This document shows positions 1-7,356 of a stretch of DNA of 13,663 nucleotides, in pieces; positions within the stretch are counted from its first letter, which is position 1; each line of letters begins with the position of its first letter. The position numbers and the translations under genes are program-made. Source of the DNA: Candidatus Poribacteria bacterium (GTDB lineage: Bacteria > Poribacteria > DTPJ01 > WJIO01); the NCBI GenBank assembly GCA_014730235.1, contig WJIO01000370.1:1-13663 (forward strand). The letters run 5' to 3'. Below the pieces are notes generated by a model. The model saw nothing but the letters and a program-made list of their open reading frames with translations. It had not been told where the DNA came from and did not search any database.

Positions 1-405
1 ATCAATAAGCTGTTGTGCATAGCCAATAGGTATTTTATACTTCATTCGAGTATGGGTCCAGGCCATAACTACAGGATCATCAATTGACGGTGTTTCTGAT
101 AATGAGCGTTTTTTCCATTCGTTTAAACCTGATTGCAAGTCACCCTCAGGTATATCCACCAGATCATCACTGATGCGGCAAAAAGAATATAAAGCCCTTG
201 CCGCCCGGCATTTTTCTCCCGGAAGTAAACTTGATGCCACATAAAAAGTGCGGCTGTGATGTTTTGTAAGTTTTCGGCAGTGTTCATAAGCCTCTTCCAG
301 AGCTAATCTGTCAACATCAATGAAGTTGAATTCAACATGCTCTTCAAAGGCCTTATAAGCCTTCTCCAGAAGCTTTTCTTCCCAGGAACATGTATATAGT
401 GTCAT
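1..405 (-). CDS. crtB: Phytoene synthase (squalene/phytoene synthase family), N-terminal 135 aa only. The gene continues beyond the window start. Its start ATG (405..403) overlaps the crtI stop (ATGA).
   Basis: Manual translation of the reverse strand gives MTLYTCSWEEKLLEKAYKAFEEHVEFNFIDVDRLALEEAYEHCRKLTKHHSRTFYVASSLLPGEKCRAARALYSFCRISDDLVDIPEG... This carries the hallmark SQS/PSY motifs (HSRTFY, LLPxxxRxAxxALYxFCRxxDDxVD). No in-frame stop occurs to position 1. The ORF is open-ended, so it is absent from the supplied track. Confidence 0.85.
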   Translation of the reverse strand, partial: MTLYTCSWEEKLLEKAYKAFEEHVEFNFIDVDRLALEEAYEHCRKLTKHHSRTFYVASSLLPGEKCRAARALYSFCRISDDLVDIPEGDLQSGLNEWKKRSLSETPSIDDPVVMAWTHTRMKYKIPIGYAQQLID

Positions 406-1934
406 CTCTCACTTTCTATTATTTTACCCGGAATGGATACAGATTTTTCAGGAACGCGCTGTTCCTTAAGAATCCGTTCCACAACAAGACGGGCTGATAT
501 TAATACCATAGGAAGTCCCCCGCCTGGGTGCGTGCTGGCTCCAACAAAGTAGAGGTTTTTATAACGGTCATGACGGTTATGAGGTCGTAAATATCCTACC
601 TGAAATAGGTTATGGCTGAGACCAAAGGCCGAACCTTTAGCCAGATTAAGATAATCTCTGTAATCTGTCGGTTCAATTATCTCTTCAAAAGCTATATACT
701 TTTCCAGATTTTTAATACCAATAGATTCCAGTTTTGCAAAGACTTTATTTCTGGCTTTATCCCGGATTGCATCCCAATCCTGGGGGGTTTCTTCGTTAAT
801 ATGACCTACTGGAACCAAGACCAGAAGGCTGTCACCATCCGGTGGAGCGCAGGAGTCATCGGTACGGGATGGGGAACATACATAAAACGAAGGATCATCA
901 GGCAAAGTCAAATCCCGGAAGATTTTATCAAAGGATTCCCGATAATTATTGTCGGCAAGAAATACGTTGTGATGTTGAAGCTGTTCCGGTCTTGTCCCCT
1001 TTATACCCCAATAAAACATTATGGCCGACGATGAATACTTTTTCCGATACAATCTTTTTGCTTTGTTTTTATCCGGCAGAAGTTCCGAATATACATAAGG
1101 TAAGTCTGCATTAGCTATAATGGCATCAGATTCAACTTTTTCACCGTTTTCCAGAGTTACACCTGTTGCCTTTGAACCTTCCACGTTGATTTTTGCCACC
1201 GATGAGTCATAATGAAACTTCACACCCAAGCCCTGGGCAATATCCGTCAGGGTTTCAACAACTTCATACATACCGCCCCGGGGATACCAAACACCCTGAA
1301 CCGCTTCGGTATATTGTAGAAGGGAATATGTGGCCATAGCATCATAAGGGCTAAGACCCAAATACATGTTTTGAAAGGAAAAGCCAGCCCGAAGGCGGGA
1401 GTCTTTGAAAAACTTTGATGTATTGTTGTAATGTTTCGCCAGTGCCTTTATGCGAATCACCAGTGGGAAGTTTGATGGACTCAGGTATTCCAGCCATGAC
1501 CTGAAGTTTCGACCTACAAAATGCTTTAATGACAGGTGATAATTACGGTAACCTTCTTCCGTAAATCTAAGGAAAGCCTCAAAAGAACCCGGTTCTATAG
1601 ACTCCAACTGGTCGAACATGCTTTTAAGATCACCAGTTATATTCAGCTTTGTTCCATCATGAAAATGCACCTTGTATGTAGGATCAATTCGGATTAAATC
1701 AAGATGGTCTTCCATATTTTCACCCAGGGATTCGTAAGTTTCAGCAAATATTTCTGGCATCAAAAAAAGAGTTGGTCCTGTGTCAAAGCGATGACCATCC
1801 CTCTCAATAATTCCAGTTCGTCCTCCAGGAATAGAATTTTTCTCTAAAATGGTAACTCTACATCCCAAACGAGCTAAACGTGCAGCAGTTGAAAGACCAC
1901 CAATCCCAGCGCCTATTACAATTGCTGTATTCAA
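402..1934 (-). CDS. crtI: Phytoene desaturase (CrtI-type FAD-dependent carotenoid desaturase), 510 aa. Uses a TTG start preceded by an AAGGAG SD.
   Basis: N-terminal Rossmann FAD motif IVIGAGIGGLSTAARLARLG. C-terminal CrtI-family signature YFVGASTHPGGGLPMVLISARLVVERI. Size typical of CrtI. The first codon is RC(1932..1934)=TTG. An upstream in-frame stop is close by, and the SD AAGGAG lies 8 nt upstream. The gene is coupled to crtB by an ATGA overlap. CrtD or CrtN-type desaturases cannot be excluded without a search. Confidence 0.85.
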   Translation of the reverse strand: MNTAIVIGAGIGGLSTAARLARLGCRVTILEKNSIPGGRTGIIERDGHRFDTGPTLFLMPEIFAETYESLGENMEDHLDLIRIDPTYKVHFHDGTKLNITGDLKSMFDQLESIEPGSFEAFLRFTEEGYRNYHLSLKHFVGRNFRSWLEYLSPSNFPLVIRIKALAKHYNNTSKFFKDSRLRAGFSFQNMYLGLSPYDAMATYSLLQYTEAVQGVWYPRGGMYEVVETLTDIAQGLGVKFHYDSSVAKINVEGSKATGVTLENGEKVESDAIIANADLPYVYSELLPDKNKAKRLYRKKYSSSAIMFYWGIKGTRPEQLQHHNVFLADNNYRESFDKIFRDLTLPDDPSFYVCSPSRTDDSCAPPDGDSLLVLVPVGHINEETPQDWDAIRDKARNKVFAKLESIGIKNLEKYIAFEEIIEPTDYRDYLNLAKGSAFGLSHNLFQVGYLRPHNRHDRYKNLYFVGASTHPGGGLPMVLISARLVVERILKEQRVPEKSVSIPGKIIESER

Positions 1935-2001
1935 TATAAATACTCCTTATATATGTTTCATAAGCAATTTCCAATTATATAGATGAGATTTTTTCTTGAT
2001 T

Positions 2002-2172
2002 GTAATCGTTAAAAAATGAAAAATGTGTTTAGAAAATACCTTTATAATCATGGTAAATTACAAAATTTGTCATTCCTGCGAAAGCAGGAATCCAGAAAAA
2101 ACTATCATGGGAGACTGGATTCCTGCTCTCGTAGAAATGACAACTAAATTATATCCATTTTTAAACGATTAC
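2002..2172 (+). mobile_element. Complete MITE-like miniature inverted-repeat element (repeat copy A), 171 bp. It has 14-bp terminal inverted repeats (gtaatcgttaaaaa / tttttaaacgattac) and is flanked by a perfect 6-bp direct repeat TTGATT (1996..2001 and 2173..2178).
   Basis: The TIRs and TSD are read directly from the sequence. Internally there is a GAAA-tetraloop hairpin at 2072..2091 (attcctgc-gaaa-gcaggaat) and a second degenerate hairpin half at 2113..2142. It is near-identical to the copies at 4263..4354 (inverted) and 7881..8010. Confidence 0.65.
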
Positions 2173-2211
2173 TTGATTAGACAATGTTTTTTACATTTCC
2201 ACACTCAAGTC

Positions 2212-3126
2212 TTAAAAACAAATTGCCAGGATAAAACTTACCGAAACACCCAGATTAATTATGAGAGTCTTTGCACATATATTTTCCAACGCTTTATGTT
2301 CTTTATAGTGCTTTTTAAATACCTGAATTATCGTTATCAAAGAAAGTATAAATACTGGCAGAAAAAAGATTAACGCTTTTAAAGGTATACCTGCCCAGAT
2401 AGCAATTAAATATGAAATCCAGATCCCTATACTGAATATAATATAAATCTTACTCATCTTTGACTTACCAAAGCGCACCACCAGGTTTTGCTTTCCTGTC
2501 CTTTTGTCGGCCAGATAATCCGGGAATTCATTAATTAATATCACATTAAATATAGAAAAGATAATAGGTAGTGATGTCCAGTGTATAATATTAGGAAATT
2601 TACCTGTCTGTAAATAGTAAGACGCAGCTACTGTAAGCCATCCATAACAAAAACCTATCCATATTTCTCCAAGTCCTTTATAAGCCCATTGCACAGGTTT
2701 TGCTGAATAAAACAACCCTCCCAAAATCCCGATTATCCCCAGAGGCAAAGTAAATGCGCCGGTATCATAATAAAAATGAAGTATAAATCCTATAACCAGC
2801 GCCGCAGAAACTGATACCAGAGAAGCGATCAAAGCATGATGTCGGGGTATCAATCCTGATTGTATTACCTGGCTGCCTCCTGTAAAGCGATTTCTACCCA
2901 GCTCTGATGAGAGGTTATCCGTTTCATAGTCGTAATATTCTCCTGAATAATAGGTTGCCGAAAGAATCAGAGCAACACACAGAGTTCCCCAGAATAAAAC
3001 TGTCCAGTCAATAACCCCTGTATTATACCAGGCCAGAACATTACCCAGTATAAATGGAAAAATTCCTACTGTGTGAAAAGGCAGTCTGGACAAAGTTATC
3101 CAGGCTTTCAGCTTTTTTATATTCAT
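2212..3126 (-). CDS. UbiA/MenA-superfamily membrane prenyltransferase, 304 aa. Possible lycopene-elongase-like or other isoprenoid prenyltransferase.
   Basis: Polytopic hydrophobic protein. The second Asp-rich motif NEFPDYLADKRTGKQNLVVRFG matches UbiA/MenA NxxxDxxxDxxxGKxTLAVRLG. The first motif region is GEYYDYETD (D/ExxDxxxD-like). The start ATG overlaps the idi-2 stop (ATGA). Confidence 0.8.
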   Translation of the reverse strand: MNIKKLKAWITLSRLPFHTVGIFPFILGNVLAWYNTGVIDWTVLFWGTLCVALILSATYYSGEYYDYETDNLSSELGRNRFTGGSQVIQSGLIPRHHALIASLVSVSAALVIGFILHFYYDTGAFTLPLGIIGILGGLFYSAKPVQWAYKGLGEIWIGFCYGWLTVAASYYLQTGKFPNIIHWTSLPIIFSIFNVILINEFPDYLADKRTGKQNLVVRFGKSKMSKIYIIFSIGIWISYLIAIWAGIPLKALIFFLPVFILSLITIIQVFKKHYKEHKALENICAKTLIINLGVSVSFILAICF

Positions 3127-4181
3127 TTTTTCACCAGATATTTTGTATTTCCCAGTTCCTTGAGGTTAGCTGAACCTGTGCAAAACATAGCAATCTTCAA
3201 TTCTTCAATTATTCTGTTCAGAACGTTTTCCACCAATAAAGGAGATTCCAGGGCTGGAGATAAAAGTGGTAGAGCAATACCTATCACCGAAGCTCCTAAA
3301 GCTATAGCCTTAGCTGCATCAACGCCGTTTCTTATACCTCCTGATGCTATAACAGGTATATCAGGAACAGCGGATTTAACCATATTTAAGCTTTCCGCCG
3401 TTGGTATACCCCAGTCGGAAAAGGTATCCCCTATAGTTCTTTGACAGTCGCTCTTTGCCCGGTAGGATTCGATCATAGCCCAGGATGTACCGCCCGCGCC
3501 GCCGATGTCAATACAGTCAACACCAGCGTCTACAAGTCTGGATGCAACCTCTTTTGATATCCCGCAACCTACCTCTTTGACAATAATAGGCATCTCTATC
3601 TTTCGCCGTAGCTTCTTAATATTTTCCAGCAATCCCCTGAAGTTGGTATTTCCTTCGTATTGTATGGCTTCCTGAAGGGGATTTAGATGGAGGGCCAAAG
3701 CATCAGCACCTATCATGGATATAGCATCGAGACAATTTTCATAATCAAAGCCATTATTAAGCTGAATAGCCCCAATATTTGCTATCAACAAAGCATCAGG
3801 CACTGTATGTCTTACCTGAAACGTATAGGCTAAAGACGGTTGTTCCAGTGATATTCTCTGGGAACCAACCATCATGCCTACCCGCAGTTTCTGGGCAGCT
3901 ATGGCCAGGTTCTCATTGATTTGAAAGCTCAGCTCCGTTCCGCCGGTCATAGATTCAATGATAACAGGATAATTCAGGACTTTGTCGAATAAATTAAGGG
4001 AAAGATCAATATCGCTCATATTAATATCCGGCAAAGCCTGGTGGATAAAGCTATAATTTTCAAAACCCGTTGATTTGTTCTTAAATCCAACATCCTCATT
4101 AAGGCATATACGGATATGATCGGCTTTTCTGTCCTGAGTCATCCTGTTGAATTTTGTTTCTCGGTCTTCTGAATTCCGCAT
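3123..4181 (-). CDS. fni: Isopentenyl-diphosphate delta-isomerase type 2 (FMN-dependent IDI-2), 352 aa.
   Basis: Diagnostic IDI-2 motifs are present: RKADHI, SMTGG, VGSQR, IVKEVGCGIS, DIGGAGGTSWAMIE and ASGGIRNGVDAAKAIALGA (TIM-barrel FMN enzyme). The SD GGAG lies upstream of the ATG. Confidence 0.9.
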   Translation of the reverse strand: MRNSEDRETKFNRMTQDRKADHIRICLNEDVGFKNKSTGFENYSFIHQALPDINMSDIDLSLNLFDKVLNYPVIIESMTGGTELSFQINENLAIAAQKLRVGMMVGSQRISLEQPSLAYTFQVRHTVPDALLIANIGAIQLNNGFDYENCLDAISMIGADALALHLNPLQEAIQYEGNTNFRGLLENIKKLRRKIEMPIIVKEVGCGISKEVASRLVDAGVDCIDIGGAGGTSWAMIESYRAKSDCQRTIGDTFSDWGIPTAESLNMVKSAVPDIPVIASGGIRNGVDAAKAIALGASVIGIALPLLSPALESPLLVENVLNRIIEELKIAMFCTGSANLKELGNTKYLVKK

Positions 4182-4262
4182 AAAATATACTCCGAGTTTT
4201 GACTTACATTTTTGGCTCTTCCGAATTGAGTGTAGAAATAATTTAAAAATTTTCTAAGCATA

Positions 4263-4354
4263 TCATTCCTGCTTTCGCAGGAATGACAAATTTTGTAATT
4301 TACCATCATTATAAAGGTATTTTCTAAACACATTTTCCATTTTTTAACGATTAC
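4263..4354 (-). repeat. Truncated copy B of the MITE-like repeat, in inverted orientation relative to copy A (TIR end at 4341..4354).
   Basis: The reverse complement of 4263..4354 matches 2002..2092 of copy A with only 2 mismatches over about 90 nt. This includes the shared aaaaatg duplication and the hairpin tcattcctgc-tttc-gcaggaatga (4263..4286). The distal TIR and TSD are absent. Confidence 0.6.
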
Positions 4355-4502
4355 TCAGAATATATTCTTTTGCTTGAGAAAGTATAGGTTGGGTCATGCC
4401 TGTAAAGCATAATTGGTTCACCAAAATAAATTCATTTTAAATGAATAATCAGCAAACCAGACCCAACAAATTACCTTCCTGTTAAATATTGCAAAGTAAT
4501 CT

Positions 4503-5303
4503 CTATTCAAATGTACATATAGCACCAGGGCGTTTAATTCTCAAAACTACTGTTTCAAACACCCGAAAGGGATGATCCATATCCTCAGCCCCGAGATAAG
4601 CAGTAGTTAGATCCTCTCCCACAACCAGGTCCATATTTTGTTTACCTGTAGCCACAATTATGGCCTGATCACCTTCTATTGCTGGTGATTGAAAAACACC
4701 TTCAGTCATCAATTCCTTGACCATAGCTATTTCAAGAACTCCGGTTCCTTCATACACTCGGTGCATCTTGGCATATAAAGAGGGGCTTACCACCATTGCA
4801 TAAGGACCATAAAAACCACCCGACATTAGCTTTTCCGTACCAGCTACCACATTCTGAAAAGCATTGCCGGTAACCTGCCAGTCCTTAACCTCTGCGGTTG
4901 TACGACCTTCGGCGTTTAACAGTCCTTCATAACCTTCCATACCATTGAAAACCATATTGTCTTCTTGCATAGCGCAATAAGCAGCCGCTCCGGCAGCAGG
5001 CCCTAGTTCCAGCGGAATACCATATACTTTCGCCGATTCAATATCCCGCCAGTGAAGTTTAAAATCTTTTTGTATCATGGGTATGGTGATATTTTCGCGC
5101 TTCTTAACAGCTATTTCACCTTCTTTAAAACCACCCATGGAAGGTTTTGGGACCACAGTAGCACCAGCACCCAAAGGCCCGGTAATGCCTATAAATCTGC
5201 GTCCAACCAGTCGCCTTCGTGCAGATTCCACCACAAGTTTATCTATTTTTTCCCAGTCTTCGCTGCTTAAAGGAGCATCATCTCTTGCAAGATAATCAGC
5301 CAT
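4503..5303 (-). CDS. Family-1 encapsulin nanocompartment shell protein (HK97-fold, linocin M18-like), 266 aa.
   Basis: It aligns by eye along its length to the Thermotoga maritima encapsulin. [37 protein letters not shown] matches [50 protein letters not shown] matches DGIEGPYTLVINT. The C-terminal [23 protein letters not shown] matches [23 protein letters not shown]. A strong SD GGAGGG is present. The start lies 1 nt after the upstream EncFtn stop. Confidence 0.9.
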   Translation of the reverse strand: [266 protein letters not shown]

Positions 5304-5304
5304 T

Positions 5305-5712
5305 TTATTCTCCCTCCGTTTTCTTTTCCTCTATAAGGCTTCCTACAGTCGAATCTGACTTCTCTTCTTCAGGTTCTGTGTTAGATTTTAATGATTCAAT
5401 CATTTCTTCAACCTCTTCATAACCTTCGTCATAGAATTTCTGTTCATCCGAGTCCAGTTCATGAAGCAGTCGGAGAAATTCACCGGCATGAACTCTCTCT
5501 TCGTCTGCAATATCTACAAGAACTTCTATAGCCAATTTGTTGTCCGTTGACTCCGCCAGTTGAATATAAAGCTGAACTGCTTCATATTCTGCGGAAATCA
5601 TAAATCTTATCGCCCTGATCAGTTCCTCATGAGTTAGTTTTCTGTCGTTTTTAAGCCCTGCGAATGCTGACCCAAAATCTGGCATTATAATACCTCCTTG
5701 AAACTCTTGCAT
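5305..5712 (-). CDS. Encapsulated ferritin-like protein (EncFtn/Flp) cargo, 135 aa, with an acidic C-terminal linker and a GSL-type encapsulin targeting peptide.
   Basis: Ferritin-like ExxH region AEYEAVQLYIQLAESTDNKLAIEVLVDIADEERVHAGEFLRLLHEL (EncFtn-type di-iron ligands). The C-terminal tail EPEEEKSDSTVGSLIEEKKTEGE contains a TVGSLI motif like known cargo-loading peptides. The gene sits immediately upstream of the encapsulin shell gene. The SD AGGAGG lies 7 nt upstream. Confidence 0.8.
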   Translation of the reverse strand: MQEFQGGIIMPDFGSAFAGLKNDRKLTHEELIRAIRFMISAEYEAVQLYIQLAESTDNKLAIEVLVDIADEERVHAGEFLRLLHELDSDEQKFYDEGYEEVEEMIESLKSNTEPEEEKSDSTVGSLIEEKKTEGE

Positions 5713-5726
5713 CTTTATAAAAATGC

Positions 5727-7301
5727 TTAATTCAAACGTTTTGTCATATTGACTATTCCCTGGCGCAGTTCATCTGGTTCAGGCATCTGATCTGTACGCA
5801 TTAATTCAGCAATAGCCGGCATATGAGCAATTTTACCTGCACCTGAGGCAGCCATAACTTTATCATTTTTAATGTAATAAGCCACAAAGTTACGCATTGA
5901 TGGTTTACCATGAAAAATTATTTCATCCCAATCTTTTGCATAACCTACATATCTTAGATTGACTCCCAGTTGGTTAGTCCAGAAAAATGGAATACTCCGG
6001 TATTCCGTCTCTTTACCAGCCATATTAAAGCCAGCCACCCGTCCAAGCTGTTCCGCCAGACGCCAATGCTCAATTCGAATTCTTTCCCCTGATCGCCAAT
6101 CTATAAAGCTTACTATATCCCCGGCTGCGTATATATCTTCAGTAACCTGAAAATGCTTATCTACTGTAACACTTCTATCTGGATTTAATTCCATATTTTT
6201 TAGAAAATCTGTAGCAGGACGAACCCCTACACCTGTTACCACAAAATCTGATTCAAGAGTTTCTCCGTTGTCCAGGACAACTTTCTCTACTGATTTATTA
6301 CCTTCAAATCGAGCCACTTTACGGCCAAGTTTAAATACTGTGCCGCTGTTTTCATGTATTTCTTTATACATACTCCCCACTTCAGCACCCAAAATTCTCT
6401 GGTAAGGTAATTCTTCCGGAGCTACAATAGTGATATAAAGTCCTTTTTCAGCTAAATTCGCTGAAATTTCCATACCGATAAAACTCGCCCCGATTATTAC
6501 CAGCTTAGCACCTTTTTGAGCAAGACTTCTGATTTTCAGAGAATTATCCGGATTTCTTAGGGTAATAACATTATCCAGACCTGCACCCGGTACATCAACT
6601 TCTCTTGGAATACTGCCCGGAGCCAAAAGAACCTTATCATATTTGAGATATTTTCCATTGTCAAGCATCAGCTTTTTGCTGTGCGCATCTACTCCAGTTA
6701 CATTATGACCTGTCAAAACTTCAATACCGTATTCCGAATAAAATTCTTCTGAACGCAGCATTTCCGGTTCTTGGTCTTCGCTTTTCAAAAAGCCTTTGCT
6801 TAAACCTGTTCTATCATAAGGTAAACGGCTTTCTTTTGTAAGCATAAGGATTTTTCCCTCAAATCCTCCTTGTCGCATAGCCTCTGCTGCTGTGGCTCCA
6901 GCCGCACCTGTTCCCACAATAATAAAGGTCTGTTTATCAGCGTCTGGATTATATTTTGCCATATCAGGATGACGAGTTTCCGAAGCATCTTCTTCCACAA
7001 TTACAATAACGTTATCATCTTCAATCCGCACATCAAATCGAGCCAGGGAATCCAGGGAAGGTGGTTCTTTAAGATCTCCCGTTACAACATCAAAACAGGC
7101 CTGATGCCATGGACAGCGTATGTGATGTTGGTGCAATACTCCCTCTTCCAACGGCGCGCCAAAGTGAGGGCATGTCGATCCAAGAGCATAAAAATTATTG
7201 TTATCCCGAACTAATAATACCTCTACTTCACCTACTAAAAATTCCTTCATTTCGCCATTTTCTAAATCTGTAGTTTTTGCTACAATCTTTTCAATCTTCA
7301 T
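5727..7301 (-). CDS. Rieske [2Fe-2S] domain fused to an FAD/NAD(P)-dependent pyridine-nucleotide-disulfide (ferredoxin-reductase/AIF-like) oxidoreductase, 524 aa.
   Basis: Rieske motif CPHFGAPLEEGVLHQHHIRCPWH (CxH-x16-CxxH) at residues 44-66. FAD GxGxxG motif FIIVGTGAAGATAAEA. NAD-binding motif LVIIGASFIGMEISANL. A conserved YAAGDIV and a ferredoxin-reductase-like C-terminal domain are present. SD AAGGAGGG. The stop lies 14 nt before the EncFtn start. Confidence 0.85.
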   Translation of the reverse strand: MKIEKIVAKTTDLENGEMKEFLVGEVEVLLVRDNNNFYALGSTCPHFGAPLEEGVLHQHHIRCPWHQACFDVVTGDLKEPPSLDSLARFDVRIEDDNVIVIVEEDASETRHPDMAKYNPDADKQTFIIVGTGAAGATAAEAMRQGGFEGKILMLTKESRLPYDRTGLSKGFLKSEDQEPEMLRSEEFYSEYGIEVLTGHNVTGVDAHSKKLMLDNGKYLKYDKVLLAPGSIPREVDVPGAGLDNVITLRNPDNSLKIRSLAQKGAKLVIIGASFIGMEISANLAEKGLYITIVAPEELPYQRILGAEVGSMYKEIHENSGTVFKLGRKVARFEGNKSVEKVVLDNGETLESDFVVTGVGVRPATDFLKNMELNPDRSVTVDKHFQVTEDIYAAGDIVSFIDWRSGERIRIEHWRLAEQLGRVAGFNMAGKETEYRSIPFFWTNQLGVNLRYVGYAKDWDEIIFHGKPSMRNFVAYYIKNDKVMAASGAGKIAHMPAIAELMRTDQMPEPDELRQGIVNMTKRLN

Positions 7302-7356
7302 TCTTCCCTCCTTAATGTATAAAGTTGTAAAACATTGTTATAAGAAATTCTACAAG

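Noticed and set aside
612-1114. Two + strand ORFs (140 aa and 90 aa) inside crtI
   Set aside because: They are antisense to a strongly supported CrtI CDS, with no motifs or SD. They are typical shadow ORFs.
2023-2373. 116-aa + strand ORF beginning MCLENTFIIMVNYKICHSCESRN
   Set aside because: Its first roughly 25 codons are simply the MITE-like repeat translated. The same peptide start appears in the ORF at 4139..4333 on the other strand, which spans repeat copy B. The remainder is antisense to the prenyltransferase gene. It is low-complexity with no SD, so it is a repeat artefact.
4139-4333. 64-aa minus-strand ORF sharing the MCLENTFIMMVNYKICHSCESRN start
   Set aside because: It is generated by the inverted repeat copy B and overlaps the 5' end of idi-2. 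It is not an independent gene.
4427-4450. AT-only hairpin (attcatt-tta-aatgaat) downstream of the encapsulin stop, and a long-range 8-bp inverted pair gttgggtc/gacccaac (4388..4395 and 4460..4467)
   Set aside because: The stem is entirely A/T and too weak for a convincing intrinsic terminator. The 8-bp pair is 64 nt apart and could be chance in AT-rich DNA. It is noted but not called.
5727-7301. Rieske-FAD protein as a carotenoid-modifying Rieske oxygenase
   Set aside because: It lacks a mononuclear non-heme iron catalytic domain. The C-terminal part is a ferredoxin-reductase/AIF-type flavoprotein, so an electron-transfer role is more consistent.
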